DNA of 64,000 bases from Myxococcales bacterium (GTDB lineage Bacteria > Myxococcota_A > SURF-8): NCBI GenBank assembly GCA_003598065.1, contig QZKR01000057.1, positions 7,911 to 71,910 of the forward strand. Direction: 5' to 3'. Each line of letters starts with the position of its first letter. The stretch's first letter is position 1. The notes below the pieces were generated by a model. It worked only from the letters and a program-made list of their open reading frames with translations. It searched no databases and was not told where the DNA came from. The position numbers and the translations under genes are program-made. Of this stretch, positions 44,178-53,786 are shown piece by piece.

Positions 44178-45113
44178 TCAGACATAACTGTCGAGCAGCT
44201 TTTCGAAATCACCGGCGGAGGGATCGTGGCGCGCTTCGTCGATCGCCCGGTTGTGGTGGTCCTGCAAGGTAGGGCGCAGTTCACGATAGAAAATACCGGT
44301 GTAGAGGGCTTCCTGGTCCTGGGCGTAACGGAAAGCCGCCACCTTGTTCGACGGATCGAAATCCTCCGGCAAAAGGCGGATGCGTTCGGAAAGGCTGTCG
44401 TAGGTCTGATGCTTGGCGAAAGTCACGCAGGGCGAAAGCACATGGACGACGGCGAAACCGGGATGGCGGATCGCCTCGGCGAGCATCTCCGAGAGCTGCT
44501 TGCTGTTGGCCGAGAAGCCGCGCGCCACGAATGAGGCGTTGTAGCCCAGAAACAAGGACAGCGGATCGAGGCAGCCTTCGGTCACGCCGAACGGCGAGGT
44601 GCTCGTCTTCGTGCGCTCGCGCGTCGTCGGGGAAAACTGGCCTTTCGTCAAGCCGTAGATCGAATTGTCCAGCACGATGTAGACCATGTTCGGGTTGCGC
44701 CGCGCCGCGTGCGGCACATGGCCGCCGCCGATGGCCAACGCGTCGCCGTCGCCCGAGATGCCGCACACGAGCAGCCCCTTGGTGGAAGCGGCGATGCCCT
44801 GGCAGACGGGCAGCACCCGCCCGTGCAGGACGTGGAAGCCGTAGCCTTTCACGAAATGCGAGAAGCGCCCCGAACAGCCGATGCCGGAAATGATGACCAA
44901 GTCCTTGGGATCGACGCCGCAAGCGGCTACCGCTTTATAGAAGGCGGAAAGCGCGCCGTAATGGCCGCAACCGGGGCACCACACGGGCTTGACGCCGCTC
45001 TTGTAGTCGCCGGGCTTGCGGATCCGCTCGGAGTCGCCGCCGTTTGACGGGTCGAGGGGAGCGGAAAGACTCGTCGTCTCCGGCTTGCTTTGCGGTACGC
45101 CTTTCGCGGTCAT
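44178..45113 (-). CDS. korB: 2-oxoacid:ferredoxin oxidoreductase, beta (TPP-binding) subunit
   Basis: 311 aa with VWCPGCGHYG and GISGDGDALAIGGGH. Confidence 0.9.
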   Translation of the reverse strand: MTAKGVPQSKPETTSLSAPLDPSNGGDSERIRKPGDYKSGVKPVWCPGCGHYGALSAFYKAVAACGVDPKDLVIISGIGCSGRFSHFVKGYGFHVLHGRVLPVCQGIAASTKGLLVCGISGDGDALAIGGGHVPHAARRNPNMVYIVLDNSIYGLTKGQFSPTTRERTKTSTSPFGVTEGCLDPLSLFLGYNASFVARGFSANSKQLSEMLAEAIRHPGFAVVHVLSPCVTFAKHQTYDSLSERIRLLPEDFDPSNKVAAFRYAQDQEALYTGIFYRELRPTLQDHHNRAIDEARHDPSAGDFEKLLDSYV

Positions 45114-45202
45114 GTTCTCACCGTTCGTTACTGCTGGCGGGCTTCGTCCCGCTCTATGAATCGAAGCTTAAAACGATATCCGGCCTCGCTCCAGGACAAA
45201 GC

Positions 45203-46939
45203 TCATCGCTTCGCCATCTGCCGCAGGGCTTTGTAGATTTCCTGCGGCATGAAGGGGATGCCCTGGTATTTCGTCAGCGAGGCGCACTCCATGCTGAACT
45301 CCCCGCGCAGCATGTTGGCCAGCTGGCCGGAGAAGTTTTCCTCGATGACCACCACTTTTTCCATCTTCTTCAAGAAGCCGCGCAGCGCCGCCTTGGGCAG
45401 CGGATGCAGCAGACGCGGATGGAAATGGGCGATGGGGATTCCGTCGCCGGCCGCCATGCGAATCGCCTCCGCCGCCGCGCCGCGCGTCGAACCCCAACTC
45501 ACGACGCCGAATTTCGCCTTGCTCGGACGGCTCTGCACATAGGCGATCTGGGCCAGTTCCTGCTCCAGTTTCGCCAGTTTCTGATGGCGCTTGCGGAGCA
45601 TCTCCTCGTGGTAGTGCGGCGTATAGCTCGGATGGCCGTACTCGTCGTGCTCCAGGCCCGTCGCCTGATAATAACCATGCTCCGTGCCGGGCGTGGTGAT
45701 CGGCGAGACGCCCGTCTTCGTGAAGGCGTAGCGCTGGAACGCCTCGCCGGTTTGCGGGTCCCATTCCTGGCGCGGCCAGATCTCGACCGACTCCAGATCG
45801 AAGCGCCGCGTCGTCTCCGTGCGGTAGGCGAGGGACGCGTCCGAGAGCAGAATCACGGGCGTCTGGTAGCGCTCGGCGATGTTCACCGCCAGCACGGTGA
45901 GGTCGAAGCACTCCTCCACCGTCGCCGGGGCGAGCACGACGCGCGGCGCGTCGCCCGGCGTGCCGTAGACGGCGAAATTCAGGTCGCCCTGCTCCGTCTT
46001 GGTGGGCATGCCCGTCGAGGGGCCGGAGCGCTGCACGTCGATGATCAGCACGGGCAGTTCGGCCATCGCCGCGAGGCTGATGAACTCGCCCATCAGGGCC
46101 ATGCCGGGGCCGCTGGTCGTCGTCAGCGCTTTCTGGCCGGCGTAGGACGCGCCGAGACAGGCGCCGATGGCGGCGATTTCGTCCTCGCACTGGATGAGGT
46201 GTCCGTTGAAGCGGGGCAGCTGGCGGGCCAGGGTTTCGAAAATCGGCGTCGCCGGGGTGATCGGATAGCCGGCGCAGAAGCGCACGCCGGCGGCGAGCGC
46301 GCCCAGGGCCGCCGCCTCGTTGCCGGAAAGGATCAGCCGCTCCGGCGCGGGTTTGACGGTTTTGCGCGCCGGCGGCGCGGCGAGCGGCTTCGATTTCAAC
46401 TCATCTCGCGCGAAGGCGTAGCCGGCGTTTAAAGCGAGCATGTTGTTGCTCACGACCGTCTCGCCCTTCTTGGCGAACTGCTTGCGCACGCGCTGGCCGA
46501 CGACGTCGTCCGGCATGCCCAGCAGCCAGGCGAGCACGCCCACGGCGACGATGTTCTTCGCCCGCGTGGCGTCGGTGACGCGCCGGCAGATGTCGTTGAG
46601 CGGGGCCTCGTAGCGCTTGCGGCGGCCGAGCGGAGCGAGGTCGCGGCACTGCGCCGGGTCGTAAAGCACGATCCCGCCCGGCAGGACTTCGGGGAGATAA
46701 TTGTCGATCGCCTCCTGGTTGAAGGCGACGAACAGGTCGAGCTTGTCGCCGGCGGAAAGCACCGGCTCGTCGCCGACGCGAAGCTGGAACATCGCCAGCC
46801 CGCCGCGAATCTCCGCCGGGTAGGTGCGGAAGGTGAAGATGTGGTAGCCCGCGCTCGCCGCGGCGGAGGTGAGAATCTCGCCGCAGCTGATTACGCCCTC
46901 GCCGCCTTCGCCGCCGATCCGTAAGGTCAGGTTTTGCAT
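45203..46939 (-). CDS. korA: 2-oxoacid:ferredoxin oxidoreductase, alpha (fused gamma-alpha) subunit
   Basis: ORF 45203-46987 trimmed to ATG 46937-46939. It begins MQNLTLRIGGEGGEGVISCGEIL..TYPAEIRGG. Confidence 0.88.
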   Translation of the reverse strand: MQNLTLRIGGEGGEGVISCGEILTSAAASAGYHIFTFRTYPAEIRGGLAMFQLRVGDEPVLSAGDKLDLFVAFNQEAIDNYLPEVLPGGIVLYDPAQCRDLAPLGRRKRYEAPLNDICRRVTDATRAKNIVAVGVLAWLLGMPDDVVGQRVRKQFAKKGETVVSNNMLALNAGYAFARDELKSKPLAAPPARKTVKPAPERLILSGNEAAALGALAAGVRFCAGYPITPATPIFETLARQLPRFNGHLIQCEDEIAAIGACLGASYAGQKALTTTSGPGMALMGEFISLAAMAELPVLIIDVQRSGPSTGMPTKTEQGDLNFAVYGTPGDAPRVVLAPATVEECFDLTVLAVNIAERYQTPVILLSDASLAYRTETTRRFDLESVEIWPRQEWDPQTGEAFQRYAFTKTGVSPITTPGTEHGYYQATGLEHDEYGHPSYTPHYHEEMLRKRHQKLAKLEQELAQIAYVQSRPSKAKFGVVSWGSTRGAAAEAIRMAAGDGIPIAHFHPRLLHPLPKAALRGFLKKMEKVVVIEENFSGQLANMLRGEFSMECASLTKYQGIPFMPQEIYKALRQMAKR

Positions 46940-47036
46940 CGCCGCGTGAACCTCAGGAACAAATGAACAGGGTGTGCGTGCGAACAAGCCTCGCGGCCGT
47001 CATGGCCGGCGAGCGTGGAAGGTCCGGAGCATGGCG

Positions 47037-47069
47037 AAAAAAAATCCCTCCCGTGTTCCGGAGAGGGAT
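47037..47069 (-). terminator. Intrinsic terminator on the minus strand (stem + T8)
   Basis: The minus strand reads GATCCCTC-T-CC-ggaacac-GG-GAGGGAT followed by TTTTTTTT (the plus-strand A8 at 47037-47044). Confidence 0.7.
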
Positions 47070-47227
47070 CGATTTGTCGTGGTTGCGTGTTGGCACCGCT
47101 TAATCCACCAATGGTTGCCAGCCCGAAACACCGCGGGCAAGGTAGCACACTTTCGAAGGATTGCAAGTTTTTTAGACGGTGTGATGTGCGGCAAAAGGGC
47201 AAAGTCCCGCCGCGCCTGGAAGTGGGT

Positions 47228-47392
47228 TCAATCCGGCGGATCGTTTGCATCGCTGATAGGGGGCCGGGCGTCTTCCCCGATGCCGTCGTGACGAATGCTA
47301 CCCGTCCATTCCGTATGGATTCTTCCGAAACTGAAAATGAGCAGCATCGCCGCCACAAACCAGGCAATCAGCTTTCGAAGCGAGCAGATCAT
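47228..47392 (-). CDS. Possible 54-aa small membrane protein
   Basis: Below the track's size cutoff. My translation is MICSLRKLIAWFVAAMLLIFSFGRIHTEWTGSIRHDGIGEDARPPISDANDPPD*. AAGAGGAAA lies 5 nt before the ATG. The terminator at 47037-47069 is downstream. Confidence 0.35.
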   Translation of the reverse strand: MICSLRKLIAWFVAAMLLIFSFGRIHTEWTGSIRHDGIGEDARPPISDANDPPD

Positions 47393-47550
47393 GGATTTCC
47401 TCTTGCCGACAGATGCAGCCTTTCCCTTTGTGTAAAGTGGGGATCGGTCTTATGAATGTCAAGCGCCCCTTATGACATCGCTCCTTGACTTCCCGAAGCG
47501 AACATTATAGAAAGTATTATAATTTAGGCATTTTGACGCGGAGGGGAGCC

Positions 47551-47763
47551 ATGACCGACACCAGCATCTACAAAGTCATCGAACTGGTGGGGACTTCTAC
47601 GAAATCCTGGGAGGACGCGGCGAAAAGCGCGGTCGAGAAGGCCGCGAAATCCTTGCGCGACCTGCGCATCGCCGAGGTCACGACGATGGATCTCAAGATC
47701 GAGAAAAACAAGGTCGTCGCCTATCGCACGCGGCTGAAGGTGTCCTTCAAATACGAAGAGTAA
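47551..47763 (+). CDS. Dodecin-family flavin-binding protein
   Basis: ORF 47485-47763 trimmed to ATG 47551, which is preceded by GGAGGGGAG. The sequence MTDTSIYKVIELVGTSTKSWEDAAKSAVEKAAKSLRDLRIAEV is typical of dodecin. Confidence 0.85.
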   Translation: MTDTSIYKVIELVGTSTKSWEDAAKSAVEKAAKSLRDLRIAEVTTMDLKIEKNKVVAYRTRLKVSFKYEE

Positions 47764-47987
47764 GCCGCGCCGTTTCGCCTCGATCGGGGGAAACCCCGGA
47801 TACAGACATTTCCAGGGAAGGAGAGGTGTATCAACTGCATCGCCATCGAGATGCATCCAAGCGTCTATCAAATGGAATAGTTTTTATTTATTCGTAAAAT
47901 GAAGTAGACTGTTTCTGGCCAGTAGTTCAAGGACGACGCCCGGCGGACCATCATCCATCGCAATACAAACAGGGACGGAGTTGCGCC

Positions 47988-48719
47988 ATGTCCACGAGAC
48001 GCAGGCGTTGGAAATGGATGGCCGGGCTTGCGCTGGTGGCGATGTCGAGCGTATTGGCCCTGCCGGCAGGCGCCGAAGCGCCAGAGGCGCCGACGCCTGC
48101 GCCAGCCGAATCCCAGACTGTCGAAACTCCACCGGAGGCTGAAGTTCCGCCGCCAACCGAATCATCATCAGGCGCCAGTGACTTCAAAGTCGAGTGGGTT
48201 TCCTTGCGCGTCGGCGGCGGTTTGTACGGTGGCGGCGGCGAGCTTGGTCTTTTCACCCTCTGCTCGAAGCACTTATTTTACGAAATCGTCCGCTTTGCCT
48301 TCTATGGCGGCGCTCCCACGCAAATCGGATCGGGCGCCAGCTTGGTCAGCTCGATAGGCGGAGCATTCGGCGGCAGGTGGACGCTTGACGCGAAAGAGAT
48401 GCATGAACTTCGATTTGGCCCGGGGGCGCACTTTCTGAGTATCAACGGAGGGGAAAAGGACCGGCAGACGGGGAATTGCTTTTTCGTGTGCACCATAGAT
48501 GAATCGGCCCAAGCCATCGGTCTGGGTGTTTCCCTCGATATCTACTATCTTTATTATCCACGAAAACAGGCGCCAGATCCCACCCAAAAGATTGCATTTC
48601 AAGCGGGCCTGGCTGCCTATGCGCTGGCTTATGGAGCCTACGGAGGGATGTTCGATAAGGTAAATGAAACCCGTTATCCCTGGCCGTCTGTCGTGGCCTT
48701 TATAGGGTTCAGAATCTGA
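47988..48719 (+). CDS. Small putative outer-membrane beta-barrel protein (paralogue of 38954-39709)
   Basis: 243 aa with a signal peptide ..LPAGAEA and a Pro/Glu-rich spacer. It shares the core F/LK/RVEWxxL....GG.YG.G..G.FTL and ends AFIGFRI. Confidence 0.6.
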   Translation: MSTRRRRWKWMAGLALVAMSSVLALPAGAEAPEAPTPAPAESQTVETPPEAEVPPPTESSSGASDFKVEWVSLRVGGGLYGGGGELGLFTLCSKHLFYEIVRFAFYGGAPTQIGSGASLVSSIGGAFGGRWTLDAKEMHELRFGPGAHFLSINGGEKDRQTGNCFFVCTIDESAQAIGLGVSLDIYYLYYPRKQAPDPTQKIAFQAGLAAYALAYGAYGGMFDKVNETRYPWPSVVAFIGFRI

Positions 48720-48840
48720 GAAAGGCGGCGAATCGAGCGCGCCATTCGATAAGATCAAGCATTTGTGATATCTCTTGGCGGAATGCGGGCGTCTGCACGG
48801 CTCGTTCGTTTCCTGGTGTTTCGCTTGGAGGGGGACAATC

Positions 48841-50169
48841 GTGCCAAGTTCAAGGAAATGGGATCGCAGCCGAGGGCTGCTGCGTATCGGCGGTATTTTT
48901 CTCGTCTTGCTTTCTCTTGCCGCATGCAGTGAAAACGCGACCGATGACGACGGCGCTGCGGACGGCGACGCGGACCGCGAGACTGATTCGCCCGGCGAAG
49001 AGGAGGAAACCCCGGATCTCCCCTTCGCGCCGGCCGGCCCCGACGCCGCTCCCGATCCGCTGCAGCCCGGTCCTTTTCCCGTCGGCGTGATGACGATCGA
49101 TCTGGTCGATGACTCCCGGACGGACCCGAGCCTGGGCGGGCCACGCTTCGTCCGGACGGAAATCTGGTATCCTGCCGTTCAGTCCGCCGCCGCCCTCTCG
49201 CCCTGGACCTACGATCTCAAAGCGGAGGCCGACGCCAACATCGACCTCGGCGAAAACCGCGACGTCTTCATGGCCCAGGAAATGCCGGGGTTCGAGTCGA
49301 TGACTGTGCGCGACGCCGAAATGGAACAGACCTACGCGCCCTATCCGCTGGTTCTGTTTTCCCACGGCGCCTACAGCCTCCGGATGCAGTATCTTTTCTT
49401 TACGGCGCATCTCGCCTCGCACGGCTACGTCGTCGTGGCGGGCGATCACCGGGGAAACACGCTGTGGGACATGATCCGCGACGGGTTCAATCCGGAGACG
49501 TTTGGCGACGCGGCCGTGAATCGTCCCCTGGACGTTGTTTTTCTCTTGAACCAGATGGAAAAGCTCAACGCGCAAGCCGGCCACGCGCTTTACGGCGCGA
49601 TCGATGTCTCCAAGGTCGGCGTGAGCGGACATTCGTTCGGCGGCTACACGGCTTTGATCGCTCCTTGCATCGATTCGCGCCTTTCGCTCGCCGTACCCAT
49701 GGCGCCGCTCACTCTTGGTCTCGAAAGCGCCGGCTGCGACCCGTCGGCTTACCCCGCGGCCTTGTTGCTGATGGGAGCCACCGACGACCGGACGCTTGCC
49801 TGGCAAAGCCAGTACTGCACCGCCTTCCAGATGGAAGCTCCGGCGAAATGGCTCTATGAATTAGTCGGCGGCGGCCATTTCACGTTCTCGGATGTGTGCG
49901 CCTACGGGCTGGACGCCTTTGGCCCCTTTGAAATTCCGGATCTGGAAAACGACGGCTGCTCGGAAACCGACAACATTCCCTATGCGCTGGCGCAGCAAAC
50001 CATCAGGCACTACGCCGTTGCCGTATTCAACCGTTACTTGCGGGATTCCAGCGGGTCGGAAGCGTTTCTCGAACAGTTCGACGAGTCGCCGTTCGATGTG
50101 GTTCATTTTTATTCCGGCGGCGCGCTTCCCGACTGGCCCGAAGGGGGCTGCGGCGAAGCTGGAAAATAA
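48841..50169 (+). CDS. Lipoprotein alpha/beta hydrolase (PAF-acetylhydrolase/dienelactone-hydrolase-like)
   Basis: ORF 48775-50169. GTG 48841 is preceded by GGAGGGGG. Lipobox LSLAAC. The acidic linker is DDDGAADGDADRETD. The nucleophile elbow is GVSGHSFGG. Confidence 0.75.
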   Translation: MPSSRKWDRSRGLLRIGGIFLVLLSLAACSENATDDDGAADGDADRETDSPGEEEETPDLPFAPAGPDAAPDPLQPGPFPVGVMTIDLVDDSRTDPSLGGPRFVRTEIWYPAVQSAAALSPWTYDLKAEADANIDLGENRDVFMAQEMPGFESMTVRDAEMEQTYAPYPLVLFSHGAYSLRMQYLFFTAHLASHGYVVVAGDHRGNTLWDMIRDGFNPETFGDAAVNRPLDVVFLLNQMEKLNAQAGHALYGAIDVSKVGVSGHSFGGYTALIAPCIDSRLSLAVPMAPLTLGLESAGCDPSAYPAALLLMGATDDRTLAWQSQYCTAFQMEAPAKWLYELVGGGHFTFSDVCAYGLDAFGPFEIPDLENDGCSETDNIPYALAQQTIRHYAVAVFNRYLRDSSGSEAFLEQFDESPFDVVHFYSGGALPDWPEGGCGEAGK

Positions 50170-50263
50170 GCCTGCCGGTTGATTTCGATTGGCGATGGCG
50201 ATAGAATCGGGCCGCTGTTCGACGCCGACCCGCCACGCCAGACCATTCCAAGAGGGGTGTCCC

Positions 50264-51244
50264 ATGAAAGCCAAAACCGGTTTAATCGCGGTTCTTGTCG
50301 CTCTCGCGGGCGCAGTGCTCCTGGCCGGGGCGGGGTGTTCGGAAACGACGGTTTCCAGCAGCGGCGACAGCGACACACCCCAGTTTCACACCGACGGCGA
50401 CGCCTCTCAGGAGGAAGAGAATTGCCCGGCGGGGGCGCTCGGCTGCCTGTGCGGGCGAGGCGAAAGCTGTCAGGACGATCTGGTCTGCATCGAGGGAATC
50501 TGCCAGGAGCCGTCCATGCCGCCGGGCGAGGAAGGCGGACCTTGTTACAGCAACGGCAAATGCGACGCGGGCCTAGTCTGCAATGAGGAGGATCTTTGCG
50601 AGGCCGAGTCCGTCGCCGACGGCGACGCGTCGGAAACGGACGGCGACCCGCCGCCGGAAGACGGCGATGAACCGGTCACGGACGGCGACGCCGTGGAAGA
50701 AGACGGCGACTCGCCGCCTGTCGATGGCGACGAGGCTGCCTGCGATCCGATTCCCGGCTGGCCGCCCAACCCGGAGACGGACCCCTGGTATGTCACGCCG
50801 CCTCAAGGTCAGGGAACGCCGGAGTGCAGTTTTCCCGAGTGCGACGACGCGGCGGAGCAGCATTGCTACGGGTCGAACGAGGGGGCTTGGAAGCAGACGT
50901 TGACGACGATCAGCCATACTTGCGGCGCGACGGCGGAGACCTTCGACCAGCGCCTGAAGCCGGGGCATGAAGAAGTCATTACGGGCCTCGAATTCCAGAC
51001 GATCGGCGAATGCGACTATGACGGCGAGGTGCAGGTCGGCGTCGTTCGGGGGCCTTCCGGCATTTTCTGCTCGATCAGCACGGAATCAAACGGAATGGGC
51101 GGCACGATCACGGTGATGGAAACCGGCTGGGCGACACAGATAGGCGACCGGATGGAAGGTCAGGCGCGGGCCTATCTGTACAATGTGCCTTTCTCCACCA
51201 GCTATTGTTACGCCGACTACGACCTGCTCATGGAACAAGAATGA
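50264..51244 (+). CDS. Lipoprotein with EGF-like Cys-rich segment and DGD linker, unknown function
   Basis: ORF 50189-51244 trimmed to ATG 50264. Lipobox LAGAGC. The linker is DGDASETDGDPPPEDGDEPVTDGDAVEEDGDSPPVDGDE. Confidence 0.7.
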   Translation: MKAKTGLIAVLVALAGAVLLAGAGCSETTVSSSGDSDTPQFHTDGDASQEEENCPAGALGCLCGRGESCQDDLVCIEGICQEPSMPPGEEGGPCYSNGKCDAGLVCNEEDLCEAESVADGDASETDGDPPPEDGDEPVTDGDAVEEDGDSPPVDGDEAACDPIPGWPPNPETDPWYVTPPQGQGTPECSFPECDDAAEQHCYGSNEGAWKQTLTTISHTCGATAETFDQRLKPGHEEVITGLEFQTIGECDYDGEVQVGVVRGPSGIFCSISTESNGMGGTITVMETGWATQIGDRMEGQARAYLYNVPFSTSYCYADYDLLMEQE

Positions 51245-51310
51245 AAAGTAGACGCTCTCCGTCGAATTGACACAGCATGCATCCGGCAATTCCTTTTGCA
51301 GAGGTGAAAG

Positions 51311-51655
51311 ATGGCGGAAAAGCGGTTCGAGTTCCCGGCGATGATTCGGAATCTGCCTGAAATCGACGTCCCTCTGGAGGGAGTGCGCGGGCGTCTCCTC
51401 CAGGGCGAAGGGCGGCAGGCGGTTTTTTTCGAGATCGAGCCGATCGGCGCGATTCCCGAGCATTCGCACGGCGCGCAGTTCGGCGTGGTTCTCGAAGGGG
51501 AAATGAGCCTCACCATCGACGGCAAAACCCGCCGCTACGGCCGGGGCGATGCGTACTACATTCCCGCCGGCGTCCCGCACGGCGCGGTGTTTCACACCGC
51601 GTTCCGCGCCATCGACGTCTTCGACGAGCCGGCGCGCTACCGGAAGAAGGGCTGA
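51311..51655 (+). CDS. Cupin-domain protein
   Basis: 114 aa with the cupin motifs IPEHSHGAQFGVVLEGE and YYIPAGVPHG. Confidence 0.8.
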   Translation: MAEKRFEFPAMIRNLPEIDVPLEGVRGRLLQGEGRQAVFFEIEPIGAIPEHSHGAQFGVVLEGEMSLTIDGKTRRYGRGDAYYIPAGVPHGAVFHTAFRAIDVFDEPARYRKKG

Positions 51656-51663
51656 TCGTTCCG

Positions 51664-52950
<1,287 letters not shown>

Positions 52951-53129
52951 GGCGTTTCCTTTCCTCGCCAGTTCATCTTGAAACTTGGTGTCAAAACCCA
53001 TCCGGAATACTAGCGGCATATAACACTAGTGTCCATAAGATTTTACTAGGAAATAGATTATTCCATTATGAGTGAGGAGAGAACGCTTTTTCCAGGGCTT
53101 CAAATGGCGAGATGGACTGATGCAACAGA

Positions 53130-53366
53130 TCAACTGGGGAACGTGATCTCTTTCTCTTCTCCCGAAGCGGCATTGACCACTATCAGCGAGGCAGGGTCGC
53201 GGCCGAGTTGCTCGGTTGCGTTTAGAAGCTCGATGCCGACGATGATACCGTCTGGAGCAACATCTACGTTAAGTTCGTCGCTGATTCGTAGCGTTTCCAC
53301 GTCCTGCCGGTTTTCCCGCAAGCTGATGTATGCGACGTTGTATTTTGGATCGTAGGTCAGCCGCAT
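53130..53366 (-). CDS. DUF2283-family protein (putative antitoxin)
   Basis: 78 aa, beginning MRLTYDPKYNVAYISL..DGIIVGIELL, which is typical of DUF2283. It lies 22 nt downstream of the DUF4258 gene. Confidence 0.7.
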   Translation of the reverse strand: MRLTYDPKYNVAYISLRENRQDVETLRISDELNVDVAPDGIIVGIELLNATEQLGRDPASLIVVNAASGEEKEITFPS

Positions 53367-53388
53367 CGAAACCTCCGTCTTTCAAAAT

Positions 53389-53640
53389 TCAGAAGTATCT
53401 GGTGATCACCGTAATTACTACAAGGTCGGCGCCTTCCTCGACAGCTATCGCCTCTACTTGTTTGATGGGATAGTGCCGATTGCGCCAAATGGCATCGAAC
53501 GGGAAATTTTTCCGAAATCCGAGACGACCGAACTTTGCCGGGAAGTGTTCTCCCTTTTGGATCGTAGCCACAATCTCGGACTCCAATATGCCGCGTTCTC
53601 GTCCGCGCTCAAGGGCGTGAGCATGAATTCGAATCGCCAT
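53389..53640 (-). CDS. DUF4258-family protein (putative toxin)
   Basis: 83 aa. IRIHAHALERGRERGILESEIVATIQKGE matches the DUF4258 N-terminal signature from memory. Confidence 0.65.
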   Translation of the reverse strand: MAIRIHAHALERGRERGILESEIVATIQKGEHFPAKFGRLGFRKNFPFDAIWRNRHYPIKQVEAIAVEEGADLVVITVITRYF

Positions 53641-53662
53641 TTCCTTCCCCCTTATATAATTC

Positions 53663-53690
53663 AGACTATCTCACTTCGGTAAAATGTCAA
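53663..53690 (-). promoter_or_regulatory. Possible promoter TTGACA-16-TAGTCT for the DUF4258/DUF2283 pair
   Basis: The minus strand reads TTGACA (53690-53685), a 16-nt spacer, and TAGTCT (53668-53663), about 22 nt before the ATG. Confidence 0.4.
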
Positions 53691-53786
53691 TCGCCACGCC
53701 GTGAATTCATCTGGCGTCGCCGGCGGCGCTTTGCTACACTAAACTGTCGAAACCGCCCGGACTCCCCCGTTTTCTCGGAGGTCGCC

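Noticed and set aside
47011-47035. SRP/4.5S RNA-like GGTCCGGA motif in the korA upstream gap
   Set aside because: Only the short GGTCCGGA string matches. The flanking AGGAAGCAGCC-type domain IV consensus and the closing long helix are absent.
52951-53129. SAM riboswitch or other leader upstream of metY
   Set aside because: The AT-rich leader contains only a short imperfect hairpin (GGACACTAG..CTAGTATTCC). I could not recognise SAM-I, SAM-II or SAM/SAH core motifs. A covariance-model scan would be needed to revisit this.
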